Positions 62,245 to 64,000 of a DNA stretch of 64,000 bases are shown one piece after another (the stretch's first letter is position 1; every line of letters starts with the position of its first letter). Position numbers and translations under genes: made by a program. Where the stretch lies: positions 7,750,001-7,814,000 of the forward strand of contig JBHGNT010000010.1 of assembly GCA_043228905.1 (NCBI GenBank). The letters run 5' to 3'. The stretch is from Azolla caroliniana (taxonomy: Eukaryota; Plantae; Polypodiophyta). The notes under the pieces are model-generated. The model was given only the letters and a program-made list of their open reading frames with translations. It made no database searches and was not told the DNA's origin.

Positions 62245-62756
62245 AGTGTTGTTCGTGGGCCAAAATAGTAACATATGTGAAACGTAATAAGTATTAGGTA
62301 ACATTAGGTAAAACAACCGAAAGCAATCAGAAGCAGCCAAAATAAACACAACCGTAAACGTGGAAGGAGGAGCGCGCCAAGGAACATCTATATAAGGAGC
62401 AGTAGATCGAAGGAAAGAAGATAGGAGAAGATATAGGAGAGAAGTCTGAGGTTACTACATAATTAGTCCTACTATAGTATATCTGATACATTCCGGCAGA
62501 TAGTAGTGTAACTATAATCACTACTCATTTTGTAATTTAAACAATGTTGGGTCTATGATTTTGTCATTGTTTGCTTTTAATAAGTGTTAAGTAACCTATC
62601 TCTCCCTATCGTGTATTCATAGTCGAGGGTTCCTCTTATGTAATCTGTAGGGTGTCATCCCGTTTCGTAAAAGCGATCTGACCACCACGTACCACAATCC
62701 TTTGGTCCAATTCTAGTGAGGAATCGAAGGTGTCGCCTCCGGAGAGGAAGGCAACA

Positions 62757-64000
62757 CTATTTAAGGCATTATAGTCAACACTTCTAACTAGATTCTATCT
62801 AGGTAACTACGAAGTTACATGGTTGACTAAATAACTAAACTAAGTTAAGCTTGATCTCTCAACACGACCCCTCAAGCTCAAGTGTGAGGCGTCCGACATC
62901 TGCTTTAGCTTTCGTCGGCTTCGTGTGCTTCCGTCCGACCTTCGGCTTTCTTCGTCGTGGCAATCTCGGTTCCTCCCCGTCAAGACGGTGACAAAGGCTT
63001 GTAGTGTGTGGGCAAAGGTCGACTACTTCCACCCATCACGGGTTACGAGCCGCTTCGGTGGAGCTCTTGGGCTCTTGTTCGGCCGCTACCTTCATAGTGA
63101 TGGGCCATGTACTTGTTGTAGTCGAGTCGAGTGACGGGATTCTTCTCTCTAGAAGAGCATCGAAGTTTTTTGCTCGCCGATGTGAGCGCCTTTTTTACTC
63201 TGGGTGTCCACATGATGGGTACACCAAACTCATTGTCTAGTGAGGGAGCCGACACATCCGAATCACTATCGTCGGGGTGACTGACTTCTTATTCGGGCAT
63301 CTTACCTTTGCCTTTGTCCAAGGTCGTACTTGGCTGCGATGTGCTTGCATCACGTGAAGGCTCGTGTGGTCCACTTAGCTCGGTAGAGCTTGGACAGTCC
63401 TTTGGTGAAGGGCTTGGCCGAATATCATCCTCTGAGTTGACGTTCAACTCTTCCTTGGTCGTGTCGGGTTGAGCCAAACCAAGCTTAAACCAAGATGTCG
63501 ATTCGTCGAAGATTACATCTCGACTCACCCGAACTTCTCGGGTCGAAGGGTTATAGCACTTGTATGCCTTTTTCTCTGACGAGTATCCTATGAGGATACA
63601 TTCCTCCGACTTCACGTTAGGCTTCTCTCGTTGTTCGCTCGGGATGCGTACATTCGCAATGCTTCCAAACACCTTGAGGTGCGACAGGATCGGCTTCCTT
63701 CCGACGAGGAGTTCGTATGGAGTTAGCTCATGCACTCCATTAGTGGTGCATCAATTCATGAGATAGACGGCCATGGATGCCGCTTCGGCCCAATAGAAGT
63801 TCGGCATGTGCTTCTCATGCATCATGGCATGTGCTACCTCGAGTATTTGCCGATTCTTCCTTTTGGCTACTCTATTTTGTTGGGGTGTGTGTCGGCACGT
63901 GAATTCTCTCCAAATGCCTTCACTTTGGAGGTAGGAGGTGAATTCATCGGAGAAGTACTCCTTTCCTCCATCCGATCATAGGCATCGAATGTGCTGACCG
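62757..64000 (-). mobile_element. Internally deleted Ty1/Copia (integrase, linker, PPT, start of 3' LTR at 62864); continues off the right edge
   Basis: TPYELLVGRKPILSHLKVFGS..CILIGYS..VSRDVIFDE. The YNKYMAHHY linker resembles YNEYMVHHY of the 3505-7878 Copia. RT and RH are absent. Minus-strand GAGGGGTCG-TGTTGAG. Confidence 0.85.

Larger units (their letters stand above)
60981..62756 (+). mobile_element. 3' fragment of a non-chromovirus Gypsy (extra-ORF C-terminus and LTR 62247-62756)
   Basis: GWKQWSAQVVELQVLWANAENRRKEGKGFYK aligns with minus-strand GWMAWAAQAAELHTYQAD*ENRRKDGLGFYK at ~44930-45030. LTR TGTTG...CAACA with TATATAAGG near 62389. Confidence 0.8.

Overview
Land-plant nuclear DNA. 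The spliceosomal genes, TTTAGGG repeats and TE repertoire suggest a non-seed plant, but the species cannot be determined from the sequence. A gene-rich middle region (~14.6-42.8 kb) holds three intact multi-exon genes that I spliced by hand: a membrane-type UDP-glucuronate decarboxylase (UXS, + strand, with a U12 AT-AC intron), sterol 4-alpha-methyl oxidase SMO2 (- strand) and kinetochore protein SKA2 (- strand). It also holds a probable 97-aa orphan gene. Both flanks are nests of LTR retrotransposons and LINE debris, including a very young Tork/Tnt1-like Copia (45623-50935) with one premature stop. Two observations stand out. (1) An ~830-bp insertion (8762-9593) is bounded by inward-facing plant telomere repeats and carries a TATA box plus a minimal type I hammerhead ribozyme; it looks like a non-autonomous Penelope-like element inserted at a telomere-healed break. 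(2) Two divergent Ty3/Gypsy elements have a conserved, hairpin-split tRNA-Arg 3'-end copy where the polypurine tract should be (44213-44255 and 62204-62246), which hints at tRNA-primed plus-strand synthesis or an antisense genome architecture. All family assignments rest on motif recognition by eye, without database searches.
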